The position numbers and the translations under genes are program-made. DNA of 58,516 nucleotides, taken from the NCBI GenBank assembly GCA_903911135.1, contig CAIWCG010000194.1, positions 1-58,516 of the forward strand, given 5' to 3'. Shown in pieces: positions 18,889-27,978 of this stretch; the stretch's first letter is position 1, and each line of letters opens with the position of its first letter. The notes beneath the pieces were generated by a model, which did not search any database, was not told the origin of the DNA, and saw only the letters and a list, made by a program, of their open reading frames with translations. Source of the DNA: an uncultured Bacteroidota bacterium (GTDB lineage: Bacteria > Bacteroidota > Bacteroidia > AKYH767-A > JABDAW01).

Positions 18889-20019
18889 CTATAATCTTGT
18901 TGAAAGTTGTTTGACCATTTTGTTTTTCCAATCGGCGAAATCTCCTGCCATGATATGCTCCCGTGCTTGCGTAACCAACGAAAGATAGAATGAAAGATTA
19001 TGGATGGTGGCGATTTGAGCAGCCAATATTTCCTTCGAAATGATCAAATGTCGCAAGTAAGCCTTAGAATATTGATGATCGACAAAAGAAGTTCCATTGG
19101 CATCCAACGGACTGAAATCATCTTTCCATTTTTCATTCCTTATGTTGATGATTCCCTCCGAAGTGAAGAGCATACCGTTCCTTGCATTCCTTGTCGGCAT
19201 CACACAGTCGAACATGTCTATGCCCAGAGCGATGCATTCGAGAATATTTGTTGGGGTTCCTACTCCCATCAGGTATCTTGGCTTGTCATAAGGAAGAATG
19301 CTGGTCACCACTTCCGTCATTTCATACATCATTTCAGCCGGTTCGCCTACAGAAAGACCTCCTATTGCATTGCCTTCCCTGTTTGTTGATGCAATCATCT
19401 CCGCCGACTGCATCCGAAGATCCTTATAAACGCTGCCCTGCACTATTGGGAACAAGGTTTGCTCATATCCATACTTACCTTCGGTAGAATCAACCCTTTC
19501 TATGCATCTCTTCAACCAGCGATGCGTCATTTCCATGGAGCGTTTGGCATATTTGTAATCGCAAGGATAGGGTGTGCACTCATCAAAAGCCATGATGATG
19601 TCGGCACCAATCGATCGTTGGATGTCCATTGCACTTTCAGGGGAGAAGAAATGGTTTGATCCGTCTATATGAGATTTGAACTTCACGCCTTCTTCCTTTA
19701 TCTTTCTATTGGCAGTCATCGAATAAACCTGATAACCTCCACTGTCGGTCAGAATGGGCTTATCCCAGTTGATGAACTTATGCAATCCTCCTGCTTGTTC
19801 CAATATGTTCATGCCAGGCCTAAGATACAGGTGATAAGTGTTTGAAAGGATGATTTGAGCCTTGATGTCATCATGAAGTTCCCTTTGATGCACGCTTTTA
19901 ACCGTTCCTGCCGTGCCTACAGGCATGAATATGGGCGTTTGAATCGTTCCATGTGCCGTCTCAATGCTTCCTGCTCGAGCCTTGGTTTGCGAATCCGTCT
20001 TGATAAGATTGAACTTCAT
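18889..20019 (-). CDS. tgt: tRNA-guanine(34) transglycosylase
   Basis: Tgt motifs GTIQTPIFMPVGT, LTDSGGYQ and GLSVGEP. I moved the start to the ATG at 20019 (MKFNLIK..); the 42 extra N-terminal residues in the track ORF look non-coding. Confidence 0.95.
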   Translation of the reverse strand: MKFNLIKTDSQTKARAGSIETAHGTIQTPIFMPVGTAGTVKSVHQRELHDDIKAQIILSNTYHLYLRPGMNILEQAGGLHKFINWDKPILTDSGGYQVYSMTANRKIKEEGVKFKSHIDGSNHFFSPESAMDIQRSIGADIIMAFDECTPYPCDYKYAKRSMEMTHRWLKRCIERVDSTEGKYGYEQTLFPIVQGSVYKDLRMQSAEMIASTNREGNAIGGLSVGEPAEMMYEMTEVVTSILPYDKPRYLMGVGTPTNILECIALGIDMFDCVMPTRNARNGMLFTSEGIINIRNEKWKDDFSPLDANGTSFVDHQYSKAYLRHLIISKEILAAQIATIHNLSFYLSLVTQAREHIMAGDFADWKNKMVKQLSTRL

Positions 20020-20118
20020 TTTGTTAATAAGATTGTTTATAAACTCGGCAAAAGTAAAGATTATAGATAGAATGGAAATGGTAACTTTGCGCCCTATGAA
20101 TGATTTATATAAAGAAGA

Positions 20119-21243
20119 ATGCCCGAAAACATTACCTGGATACAACTAGTCCTATTGTCATTATGCGCCATTTCCCTAATAATAAGCTTGATATATTACT
20201 TTTATTACTTCTCAAGAATATCATTCCACAAAGAAAAATATATAACCAAGGATCCGGAGCCGGTAACCATAATCATTTGCGCTCGCAATGAAATCAAGAA
20301 CCTTAAAAAGAATATCTATTCCATTTTGGACCAGGTCTATCCCGAGTTTCAAGTGGTGGTGGTCAATGATTGTTCATGGGATGAGTCGGAAGATTTCCTT
20401 GAAGAGCTGAGTAACCAGTACAATAACTTGAAAGTGGTAACGATAATCGAACAGGAGAAATATCAACACGGAAAGAAGTTCGCGTTAACACTTGGCATCA
20501 AGGCGGCAAAATATGATTTGCTGTTGCTGACCGATGCAGATTGTATGCCAGCAAGCAACAATTGGCTTTATAACATGCAAAACAATTTCTCTGACAAAAA
20601 GGATATCATCCTTGGCTATGGTTCCTATGCAAAGAAAGGCGGTTTGTTGAACAGAATTATCCGCTATGATACTTTCAATAATGCCTTGCAGTTCCTATCC
20701 TATTCAAAAGCAGGCAATCCATACATGGGTGTGGGCAGAAACCTTGCCTATCGTAAGGAAACATTCTTTAATGTGAAGGGGTTTGCCAGTCATAATCACC
20801 TTTTGTCAGGAGATGATGACCTGTTCATCAATGAAGTTGCGAATGGTCAAAATACCACCATCGAGATTCTACCGGTTGCGTTCACCATATCCGAACCCAA
20901 GACTTCTTTCGGAGCTTGGTTCAAGCAAAAGAAAAGACATCTTACCACAGGCAAGCATTACAAGACTCAACACAAAATGAAACTTGGATTGTTCTATCTA
21001 AGCAATGTCCTGTTTTATCTTTCCTTGGCGGCATTGTTGATATTCAGGTTTGATTGGAGAATCATCTTGGGCACCTATCTCTTTCGTCTGTTCCTTCAAT
21101 TGTGGATTTACGGAAAAGGCATGCAACGATTGAAAGAACTAGACCTGTTATGGTTGCTGCCGTTCCTCGATTTATTCCTGTTGCTGTTTTATCCCATCCT
21201 GACGTTCTCAAACCTAATCTCAAAACCCAAAATATGGAAGTAA
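20119..21243 (+). CDS. Family 2 glycosyltransferase, membrane-anchored
   Basis: 374 aa. Motifs VTIIICARNE, VVVVNDCSWDES and LTDADC (DxD). C-terminal TM helices. Confidence 0.85.
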   Translation: MPENITWIQLVLLSLCAISLIISLIYYFYYFSRISFHKEKYITKDPEPVTIIICARNEIKNLKKNIYSILDQVYPEFQVVVVNDCSWDESEDFLEELSNQYNNLKVVTIIEQEKYQHGKKFALTLGIKAAKYDLLLLTDADCMPASNNWLYNMQNNFSDKKDIILGYGSYAKKGGLLNRIIRYDTFNNALQFLSYSKAGNPYMGVGRNLAYRKETFFNVKGFASHNHLLSGDDDLFINEVANGQNTTIEILPVAFTISEPKTSFGAWFKQKKRHLTTGKHYKTQHKMKLGLFYLSNVLFYLSLAALLIFRFDWRIILGTYLFRLFLQLWIYGKGMQRLKELDLLWLLPFLDLFLLLFYPILTFSNLISKPKIWK

Positions 21244-21848
21244 ATTCGAATAACAATCTTACTGAAAAGGGCAAGTACGATTACGAACTTGTTGTTAAGG
21301 CACTGAACAACGGTGACCAAAAGGCTTATGCCGAGTTGATGTCAAGATACAGGGATATGGTTTATTTCATGATGCTCAAGATGGTGAACAACCGTGATGA
21401 TGCCGAAGATTTAACGCTCGAAGCATTCGGGAAGGCATTCAGAAACTTATCATCCTATTCGCCTGATTTCGCTTTTTCTACATGGCTGTTCCGTATTGCT
21501 ACCAACAACTGCATCGACTTCATCCGAAAGAAGAAAGGTGTTACCTTCTCCATGGACAAAGGTTTTGATGATGGCGATGGAGGGGAAATGAAATTGGATT
21601 TCAAGTCTGACCACCTGGACCCAGAAGAGAATCTCATCAAGAAACAGAAGGGTGTGCTGCTTAGGGAAATCGTTGAGAAACTGAAGCCCCGCTATAAGGA
21701 ACTCGTTGAATTGAGATATTATAAGGAACTGTCTTATGAAGAGATTGCTGCCCACCTGAACCTACCATTGGGAACGGTAAAGGCGCAACTGTTCAGAGCA
21801 AGGGAAGTTCTTTATAATGTCTTGAAAAATTCGCAGAAGGGAATATAA
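21234..21848 (+). CDS. RNA polymerase sigma-70 family factor (ECF-like)
   Basis: The start is taken at the ATG at 21234 (MEVNSNN..), overlapping the GT2 stop by 10 nt. Region 2 is DAEDLTLEAFGKAF..FSTWLFRIATNNCIDFIRKKK; region 4 is LSYEEIAAHLNLPLGTVKAQLFRARE. Confidence 0.85.
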   Translation: MEVNSNNNLTEKGKYDYELVVKALNNGDQKAYAELMSRYRDMVYFMMLKMVNNRDDAEDLTLEAFGKAFRNLSSYSPDFAFSTWLFRIATNNCIDFIRKKKGVTFSMDKGFDDGDGGEMKLDFKSDHLDPEENLIKKQKGVLLREIVEKLKPRYKELVELRYYKELSYEEIAAHLNLPLGTVKAQLFRAREVLYNVLKNSQKGI

Positions 21849-21856
21849 CAGCCAAC

Positions 21857-22495
21857 ATGCCCCTTGCCGACGCATCCATCATCTTTCATTATTTCCCTGA
21901 ACTGAACACCAGGCAAAAGGAACAGTTCGAGCAGCTATATGCGCTGTATGAGGACTGGAACGAGAAGATAAACCTGATTTCGCGGAAAGACTTCCAGCAC
22001 TTTTATGAACGTCATGTTTTGCATTCCTTGGGCATAGCCAAAGTAATACAGTTCAAGGCCGGCACCAAGATATTGGATGTAGGCACCGGTGGCGGATTCC
22101 CTGGCATTCCATTGGCCATACTATTTCCCGATTCGGAGTTTACGCTCATCGATTCCATCGGGAAAAAGATAAAGGTGGTAGATGCCGTTACCTTGGCTTT
22201 GGGATTGAAGAATGTGGCCAGTTTTCATCAACGGGCAGAGGAAACGAAGGGCAAGTTTCATTTCGTGGTGTCGAGAGGGGTGACGGACATAAACGAGTTT
22301 CATCATTGGGTGAAATACAAGTTCGAGCCTACCTCCTTCAACACTTTGGTGAATGGAATCATCGCGCTGAAAGGCGGCGAACTGGATGAGGAATATGCGG
22401 CCTACCTGCACAAGATGAGAGCCTTCAACCTGAAGGATTATTTCAAGGAAGAGTTCTTCGAAACCAAGAAGGTGGTGTTTCTGCCAGTCAGGTAA
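21857..22495 (+). CDS. rsmG: 16S rRNA (guanine527-N7)-methyltransferase
   Basis: 212 aa. SAM motif ILDVGTGGGFPGIPLAI. Confidence 0.9.
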   Translation: MPLADASIIFHYFPELNTRQKEQFEQLYALYEDWNEKINLISRKDFQHFYERHVLHSLGIAKVIQFKAGTKILDVGTGGGFPGIPLAILFPDSEFTLIDSIGKKIKVVDAVTLALGLKNVASFHQRAEETKGKFHFVVSRGVTDINEFHHWVKYKFEPTSFNTLVNGIIALKGGELDEEYAAYLHKMRAFNLKDYFKEEFFETKKVVFLPVR

Positions 22496-22501
22496 TCAGA
22501 A

Positions 22502-23746
22502 TTACTCCTTGATTATCTTTCCTCTAACGCTGGTTGGGATTTGCAATCCCGACCCTTTTACCTCATAAAAATAAATGCCACTTCTTAAATGCGAGATATC
22601 TATCGTCTCGGTGGCAGTGTTTAATGCTTGAGAATAAACCTTATTGCCCAACACATCGCTGATGATGATTTGCTGATTTGGGGAATAAGTATCTTGATGG
22701 ATAGTGATGGTGGAGGTGGTGGGGTTGGGGAAAATGGAAATAGTTTCTTTACTATTATTTACTTCACCTATTCCACTTGCTGAATTATAAAAAACCCATG
22801 CTGCTCCAAATCCATTACTATCATTTCTTCCTCCTTCAATAATCGTATGACCATCTGATGAGATTGCAACGCTCCATCCTTGGTATACACCATTACCACT
22901 ATTCACAGCTCCAGTTCCAATCAATTTACTTCCAAGTTGTGTCCAAATATTACTTGTTCTAGTGTAAATCCATACTGCACCAGTATTGCTATTGTCATTC
23001 AATCCACCAACAACTGCTGTATCTCCAGAATATGAAATTGAAACCGTATTACCTTGAGAAGAATTTCCTACAAAACCTGTACCTACCAATTTATTCCCTT
23101 GTTGTGTCCATACTCCTCCTGTTCGAGTATACATCCAAACTGCGCCAATACCACCACCATCCCCTTGCCCACCAATTATTGAAGTATTCCCATCTGAAGA
23201 AATAGCAACTGAATTACCTTGACCACTTCCAGCAGAGCTTGTACCAATAAGTTTATTTCCCTGCTGAGTCCAAACACCACTTGTTCGTGTAAATACCCAT
23301 GCTGCTCCTTCACTGTTATTATCTCCGCTACCACCAGATAGAATTGTATTTCCATCTGATGAAATTGAAATAGATGTACCTTGATGGGCAGCACCAATAG
23401 CACCTGATCCCACTAATTTATTTCCTTGTTGCGTCCAAATGCCACCACTACGAATAAATACCCATACAGCACCCATTCCACTGCTATCGCCCATACCTCC
23501 GACAATAGCTGTATTTCCATCAGCTGAAAGAGATACAGAGTAGCCTTGCCATGCAGAACCAATTGCGCCAGTACCTACTAATTTACTTCCTTGTTGAACC
23601 CAAACTCCAGAAGATCGAATGAAAACCCAAGCGGCACCAGTATAGCTGCTATCACCAAGTCCACCCTTTATCCGCTCCATTTTGCTAAGTGCTGGAAAAT
23701 ATTCTTTAAGGTTAAGGAAAATTTCTTTAAGGTTAAAGTGCTGCAC
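22502..23746 (-). CDS. Repeat-rich T9SS cargo protein, probably 5'-truncated (no signal peptide)
   Basis: About 47-aa repeats (GA.WVF.RSGGVWTQQGNKLVGTGA..QG.SVS.S.DGNT.IVGG.GD) plus a T9SS CTD (ISIFPNPTTSTITI..GIYFYEV). The ORF begins in the middle of a repeat, and its first ~15 codons lie inside array 5. Confidence 0.65.
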   Translation of the reverse strand: MQHFNLKEIFLNLKEYFPALSKMERIKGGLGDSSYTGAAWVFIRSSGVWVQQGSKLVGTGAIGSAWQGYSVSLSADGNTAIVGGMGDSSGMGAVWVFIRSGGIWTQQGNKLVGSGAIGAAHQGTSISISSDGNTILSGGSGDNNSEGAAWVFTRTSGVWTQQGNKLIGTSSAGSGQGNSVAISSDGNTSIIGGQGDGGGIGAVWMYTRTGGVWTQQGNKLVGTGFVGNSSQGNTVSISYSGDTAVVGGLNDNSNTGAVWIYTRTSNIWTQLGSKLIGTGAVNSGNGVYQGWSVAISSDGHTIIEGGRNDSNGFGAAWVFYNSASGIGEVNNSKETISIFPNPTTSTITIHQDTYSPNQQIIISDVLGNKVYSQALNTATETIDISHLRSGIYFYEVKGSGLQIPTSVRGKIIKE

Positions 23747-23894
23747 TTTAACCTTAAGGATTATTTCTTTAAGCCTAATAATTATTCCATTTAGGTTAAG
23801 AAATATTCCATTAAGGTTAGGAATTATTCCAATAAAGTTAAGAATTATTCCAATAAGCCTAAAGAAAATTCCATTAAGACTAAAGAAATATTTC
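23702..23894. repeat. 21-bp tandem array (array 5), about 9 units
   Basis: The right-hand five units are exactly 21 bp (for example ATTAAGGTTAGGAATTATTCC) and contain the palindrome GGAAT-T-ATTCC. Left units are more degenerate. Confidence 0.85.
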
Positions 23895-24052
23895 TGAACC
23901 TTCGGGAAGGTTTTAGCTTATAAATGGACTAAAAAATGCCTTTTCAGGGGTTTAAAAGGCAGGTTTTGGAAAGAAAATCCAATAAAAATTTGTTGGTTAC
24001 AATTATAATTTTGCTAAATTTGCCCCTTAACAACTAAATACCCCAAAAAATT

Positions 24053-24724
24053 ATGTTACCTTATTCGATTACCATCATCCTGTACAACATTTTCCTGTCC
24101 TTCTTTGTACCGTATGTTACCATCTCGGCGAACAGAACTCGCCTTGGATTAATTGACACCCAAACTGGCCAACTCGGAACTTATTGGACAACTTGGCAAA
24201 CTACCTTTGCGGCCTATTTGAATCCTGCAACTTATGGCACGGTAAATACCGGGGCCATGAATGATTTTTATGCCATCGTGTCGGAATATGTAGTGGGCAT
24301 TCAGCAACAAATCAAGAATAATCCAACCGTTACGTTGACGACTTTGGATTATATCATTTTGGTCATTCACAAAAATTTGGCAGGTCGTCATCCACATCCC
24401 ATTCCAGCAGAAGAGTCCGGTATGGCAGTAAAAAACAACCGCCATCTGAACACCGAATTTGTGGTCTTTGATTTGGCAGCACCAACTCATGCCGCAAAAC
24501 CTAAGTATGTTGAAAGAATCACTCCTTTCATTCTTTACAAAGCTCATGGTTCTCCTGCCCCTGTTGATGGTGATTTGATTGAACAAACCGATGTAACTCG
24601 AATGACTTTTGATGTGCCACATACTACGGCGCAAATAGGCATGGATGGTTATGCGCAAGTTTGTTTTACCAACGATGCCGGACAAGGCATTCGGTCAGCC
24701 ATCATTCCATTTTCTGTTATTTAA
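24053..24724 (+). CDS. Hypothetical protein with an FN3-like C-terminus (P223)
   Basis: 223 aa. Preceded by a TAAATTTG -7 box about 30 nt upstream. The C-terminus MDGYAQVCFTNDAGQGIRSAIIPFSVI resembles an FN3 last strand. Confidence 0.6.
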   Translation: MLPYSITIILYNIFLSFFVPYVTISANRTRLGLIDTQTGQLGTYWTTWQTTFAAYLNPATYGTVNTGAMNDFYAIVSEYVVGIQQQIKNNPTVTLTTLDYIILVIHKNLAGRHPHPIPAEESGMAVKNNRHLNTEFVVFDLAAPTHAAKPKYVERITPFILYKAHGSPAPVDGDLIEQTDVTRMTFDVPHTTAQIGMDGYAQVCFTNDAGQGIRSAIIPFSVI

Positions 24725-24749
24725 TAGCTAAAAAGGAAATCAAAAAAAA

Positions 24750-24780
24750 GCCGCTGCATTAAAATGTAGCGGCTTTTTTT
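24750..24780. terminator. Bidirectional rho-independent terminator
   Basis: Hairpin GCCGCTGCA-TTAAAA-TGTAGCGGC has an A-run on the left and a T-run on the right. It lies between convergent genes. Confidence 0.85.
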
Positions 24781-24853
24781 ATTGTTTCCTGATGATGTTC
24801 TTATAATTGCTTCGCTATAGGCGAGCCATCATAAGAACATCAAACTTATGGCT

Positions 24854-26146
24854 TTAGGTCTTCTGCTTCTTTTTCTTGGCGGCAGGAAACAGGACGTTGT
24901 TCAGGATAAGACGATATCCGGGCGAATTGGGATGCAGGGCCAGGTCGGTAGGCGGGTCGTAAACCATGTGCTGATAATCCTCCGGGTCGTGGCCACCATA
25001 GAATGTCCAGGTGCCTTTGCCTAATTCGCCATGAATGTATCGCGCTTCGCCAAGGGCTTTGTTTTCGCCCATCACCAGCACTTCGGGCTTTATCACCGAC
25101 TTGACGAAGGAGGTAGTCTGCCCCATGAATCCCTTGATGACCTGTTCGTGATTCTGGCACAGCATGGTGGGCACGGCATCCCACTTGGCAGAGAAATCGA
25201 AGAGCGTAAAGAAATCGTGTTCCTTGGCCACTCTGCGTGTTTCGGTGGCATCTATGTTTGAATATTCGTAATGATAGGGGTCGGTAACGAGTTTCCAATT
25301 GGTGAAGGCAAAGCACTTGGAGAAATCCATCTTCGAGTTCATCTGCGGGTCGGCAGGGTCGCCATCATAAATCTCGGCACAGATATCGACACCTTCGGCA
25401 GCCAAGGCAATGTCGTAGGAATCGGTAGCCGAACACATGGCAAACAGGTAGCCACCGCCAGCAGTAAAATCGCGGATGCGTTTGGCCACCTCCAGCTTCA
25501 TCTGCGATACCTTCTTGAAGCCGAGCTTATGCGCCATGGCCTCATTCATTTCCACATCGGCCTTGTACCAATCGGCACCGGAATAGGCGGCATAAAACTT
25601 GCCATACTGGCCGGTAAAGTCTTCGTGATGCAAATGCAACCAATCATATAAAGGCAGTTTGCCTTCGATGATATCTTCGTCATACACCTTCTCGAACGGA
25701 ATCTCGGCATAGGTCAAGGCAAGGGTAACGGCATCATCCCAAGGCAAAGCCAAAGCTGATTTTTCCATCCTGGGACCGGTTTTGTTTTTGGGAGTATAGA
25801 CGGCTATCTTGGGAGCCTTTTGCAGTTTCACAATGTCCTGATTGACTTCGGGATTGGCAATTTCGTTTTGGATGCTTTGATATTGAACATCCGCAATCAC
25901 CTCGTAGCTTACACCACGGATGGAACATTCGTTCTCAAAAATGGTGAGGTCCTTGAAGGCGAAACTTCCACCACGGTAATTCAGCAGCCAGTCTATTTCG
26001 AGGTTGTTTCTCAAGACATAATAAGCCACGCCATAAGCCTTTAGATGGTTCTTTTGCGAATTATCCATCGGGATGAGGATATAGGCCGCCTGAGCCATAC
26101 CCATGGATACGAGAACGAAACTTACTATAAGAACTATTTTTTTCAT
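24854..26146 (-). CDS. Conserved exported Bacteroidota protein of unknown function
   Basis: 430 aa. Signal peptide and YILIPMDNSQKNHLKAYGVAYYVL. I recall homologs being auto-annotated as asparagine synthetase B, which I do not trust. Confidence 0.7.
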   Translation of the reverse strand: MKKIVLIVSFVLVSMGMAQAAYILIPMDNSQKNHLKAYGVAYYVLRNNLEIDWLLNYRGGSFAFKDLTIFENECSIRGVSYEVIADVQYQSIQNEIANPEVNQDIVKLQKAPKIAVYTPKNKTGPRMEKSALALPWDDAVTLALTYAEIPFEKVYDEDIIEGKLPLYDWLHLHHEDFTGQYGKFYAAYSGADWYKADVEMNEAMAHKLGFKKVSQMKLEVAKRIRDFTAGGGYLFAMCSATDSYDIALAAEGVDICAEIYDGDPADPQMNSKMDFSKCFAFTNWKLVTDPYHYEYSNIDATETRRVAKEHDFFTLFDFSAKWDAVPTMLCQNHEQVIKGFMGQTTSFVKSVIKPEVLVMGENKALGEARYIHGELGKGTWTFYGGHDPEDYQHMVYDPPTDLALHPNSPGYRLILNNVLFPAAKKKKQKT

Positions 26147-26164
26147 TGATTTTTTGTTAGCGAT

Positions 26165-27712
26165 TTAGAACGGGGTATCATCTTCATGGATATCCGGCAT
26201 GTCATTCATCTTGGAGCCTCTTATTTTTGATTTTGGTCTATCAACGTTTTGATTGGGCTGTATAGTATCAAAAGCCTCTTCAATGAAATCATGCGAAACC
26301 AGATTGTCGAACTTGGCCAATCGGTCGATGAACCGCAGATGTACATCCGACAGGGCACCGTTCCTATGCTTGGAAATGATCAGCTCGGCAGTTCCCAGCG
26401 TAGAGTTTCCATCCTCATCCTGGGTGATGTTATAATATTCGGGACGATAGATGAACATTACCATATCGGCATCCTGTTCTATGGCACCCGATTCACGAAG
26501 GTCAGACAGTTGCGGACGTTTGTTGCCGCCCCTCGATTCCACATTTCGGCTTAACTGCGAGAGGGCGATTATAGGAACATCCAGCTCCTTGGCAATTCCT
26601 TTCAAAGCTCTGGAGATGGAAGATATTTCCTGTTCACGATTACCGCCACGGGAGTTTTCGCCAGTAGTCATCAGCTGCAAATAATCCACAATGATCAAGT
26701 CAATGTTTTTCTGATGCTTCAATCGTCTGCATTTTGTTCGTAGTTCAAAGATGGACAAGGCTGGTGTATCGTCAATGAATATAGGAGCGTCTTCCAGTTT
26801 ACGTATCTTGGAATTCAATTGCTCCCATTCATGAGCATCTAGCTGTCCTTTTCTAAGCTTATCAGAAGGGATTTCCGTTTCACTGGAGATGAGACGATTG
26901 ACCAACTGCACGGAGGACATTTCCAAGGAGAAGAAGGCCACCCCATGCTTGAATTCCACTGCAGCATTTCGCGCCAAAGACATGACGAAAGCTGTTTTTC
27001 CCATACCAGGACGGGCAGCAACAATTATCAAATCTGACTTTTGCCAACCCGATGTGATCCTGTCCAAATCAGTGAAGCCAGACCTCACACCGGTAACGCC
27101 TTCTTCCTGTTTGGCGGCTTTCTCTATATTTTCAATTACCTGTTGCACCAATTGTGGCATGTCGGAAACCTTTCGTTTGATATTGCCTTCTGCCACGTTG
27201 AATAGATTTCGTTCAGCGCCATCCAATAGATTAAAGACATCTATGCTGTCATCAAATGCATCCCGAATAGTTTCAGAAGAAATGCGAATCAACTCTCGCT
27301 GGATGTATTTCTGGAGAATAATCCTTGCATGAAATTCGATATTGGCCGCTGATCCCACCCGATTGGTAAGGCTAAAGATATACGCATCGCCACCTACATT
27401 CTCCAATTCGCCTTTTCGTTGCAGATCATTTCGCACTGTCAAAATATCCACTGGCTGTAGATGATGAAACAACTGAAAGATGCTTTCGAAAATATGTTGA
27501 TTAGCTTCCTTATAAAAACATTCCGGTTTTAAGATATCAATTACTTCGGCCACAGCATTTTTCTCCAACATCAAGGCACCCAACACCGCCTCTTCCAAAT
27601 CCAATGCTTGTGGAGGCAGCTTGCCTAAATTGCTTGCCACATTAGCCGTAACGGCCGTCTTCTCAGCAGGAGTAGCTTTTAAATTTTTCTTGAATTTTCC
27701 TGTTTTTTCCAT
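26165..27712 (-). CDS. dnaB: Replicative DNA helicase DnaB
   Basis: 515 aa. Has PPQALDLEEAVLGALM and Walker A ARPGMGKTAF. No intein. Confidence 0.95.
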   Translation of the reverse strand: MEKTGKFKKNLKATPAEKTAVTANVASNLGKLPPQALDLEEAVLGALMLEKNAVAEVIDILKPECFYKEANQHIFESIFQLFHHLQPVDILTVRNDLQRKGELENVGGDAYIFSLTNRVGSAANIEFHARIILQKYIQRELIRISSETIRDAFDDSIDVFNLLDGAERNLFNVAEGNIKRKVSDMPQLVQQVIENIEKAAKQEEGVTGVRSGFTDLDRITSGWQKSDLIIVAARPGMGKTAFVMSLARNAAVEFKHGVAFFSLEMSSVQLVNRLISSETEIPSDKLRKGQLDAHEWEQLNSKIRKLEDAPIFIDDTPALSIFELRTKCRRLKHQKNIDLIIVDYLQLMTTGENSRGGNREQEISSISRALKGIAKELDVPIIALSQLSRNVESRGGNKRPQLSDLRESGAIEQDADMVMFIYRPEYYNITQDEDGNSTLGTAELIISKHRNGALSDVHLRFIDRLAKFDNLVSHDFIEEAFDTIQPNQNVDRPKSKIRGSKMNDMPDIHEDDTPF

Positions 27713-27978
27713 GCGGCAAAGATAAATATTTAATGATGAGGGGAAGGGTTAAAGCTAAACCTTTAAGGTTATTCACAAATTATAAACTGACCGTCAATTA
27801 TTATTAACAATGTAACTGTTTGGTTTTGTGATAGTTTCTTGGAGTTATCAACAGCGCTTCAGACTTTTGTTAATAAAGTGCTCATAAATACTTGGGCGCT
27901 AAAAGAGGATGTGGCACTAACTGTATTTTAAGTTGAATCGAGAATAATTATGCAGTAATTTTCCAATAAAATATTTTA

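Noticed and set aside
18889-20145. The N-terminal 42-aa extension of tgt in the ORF track
   Set aside because: The extension has no Tgt homology. It would overlap the start of the divergently transcribed GT2 gene (20119..21243) and leave the pair no promoter space. The conserved Tgt N-terminus starts at the ATG at 20019.
27713-27978. Possible oriC next to dnaB (one near-DnaA-box, TTATCAACA)
   Set aside because: There is only a single imperfect box, with no cluster of DnaA boxes and no obvious AT-rich unwinding repeats. dnaB is not a reliable oriC neighbour.
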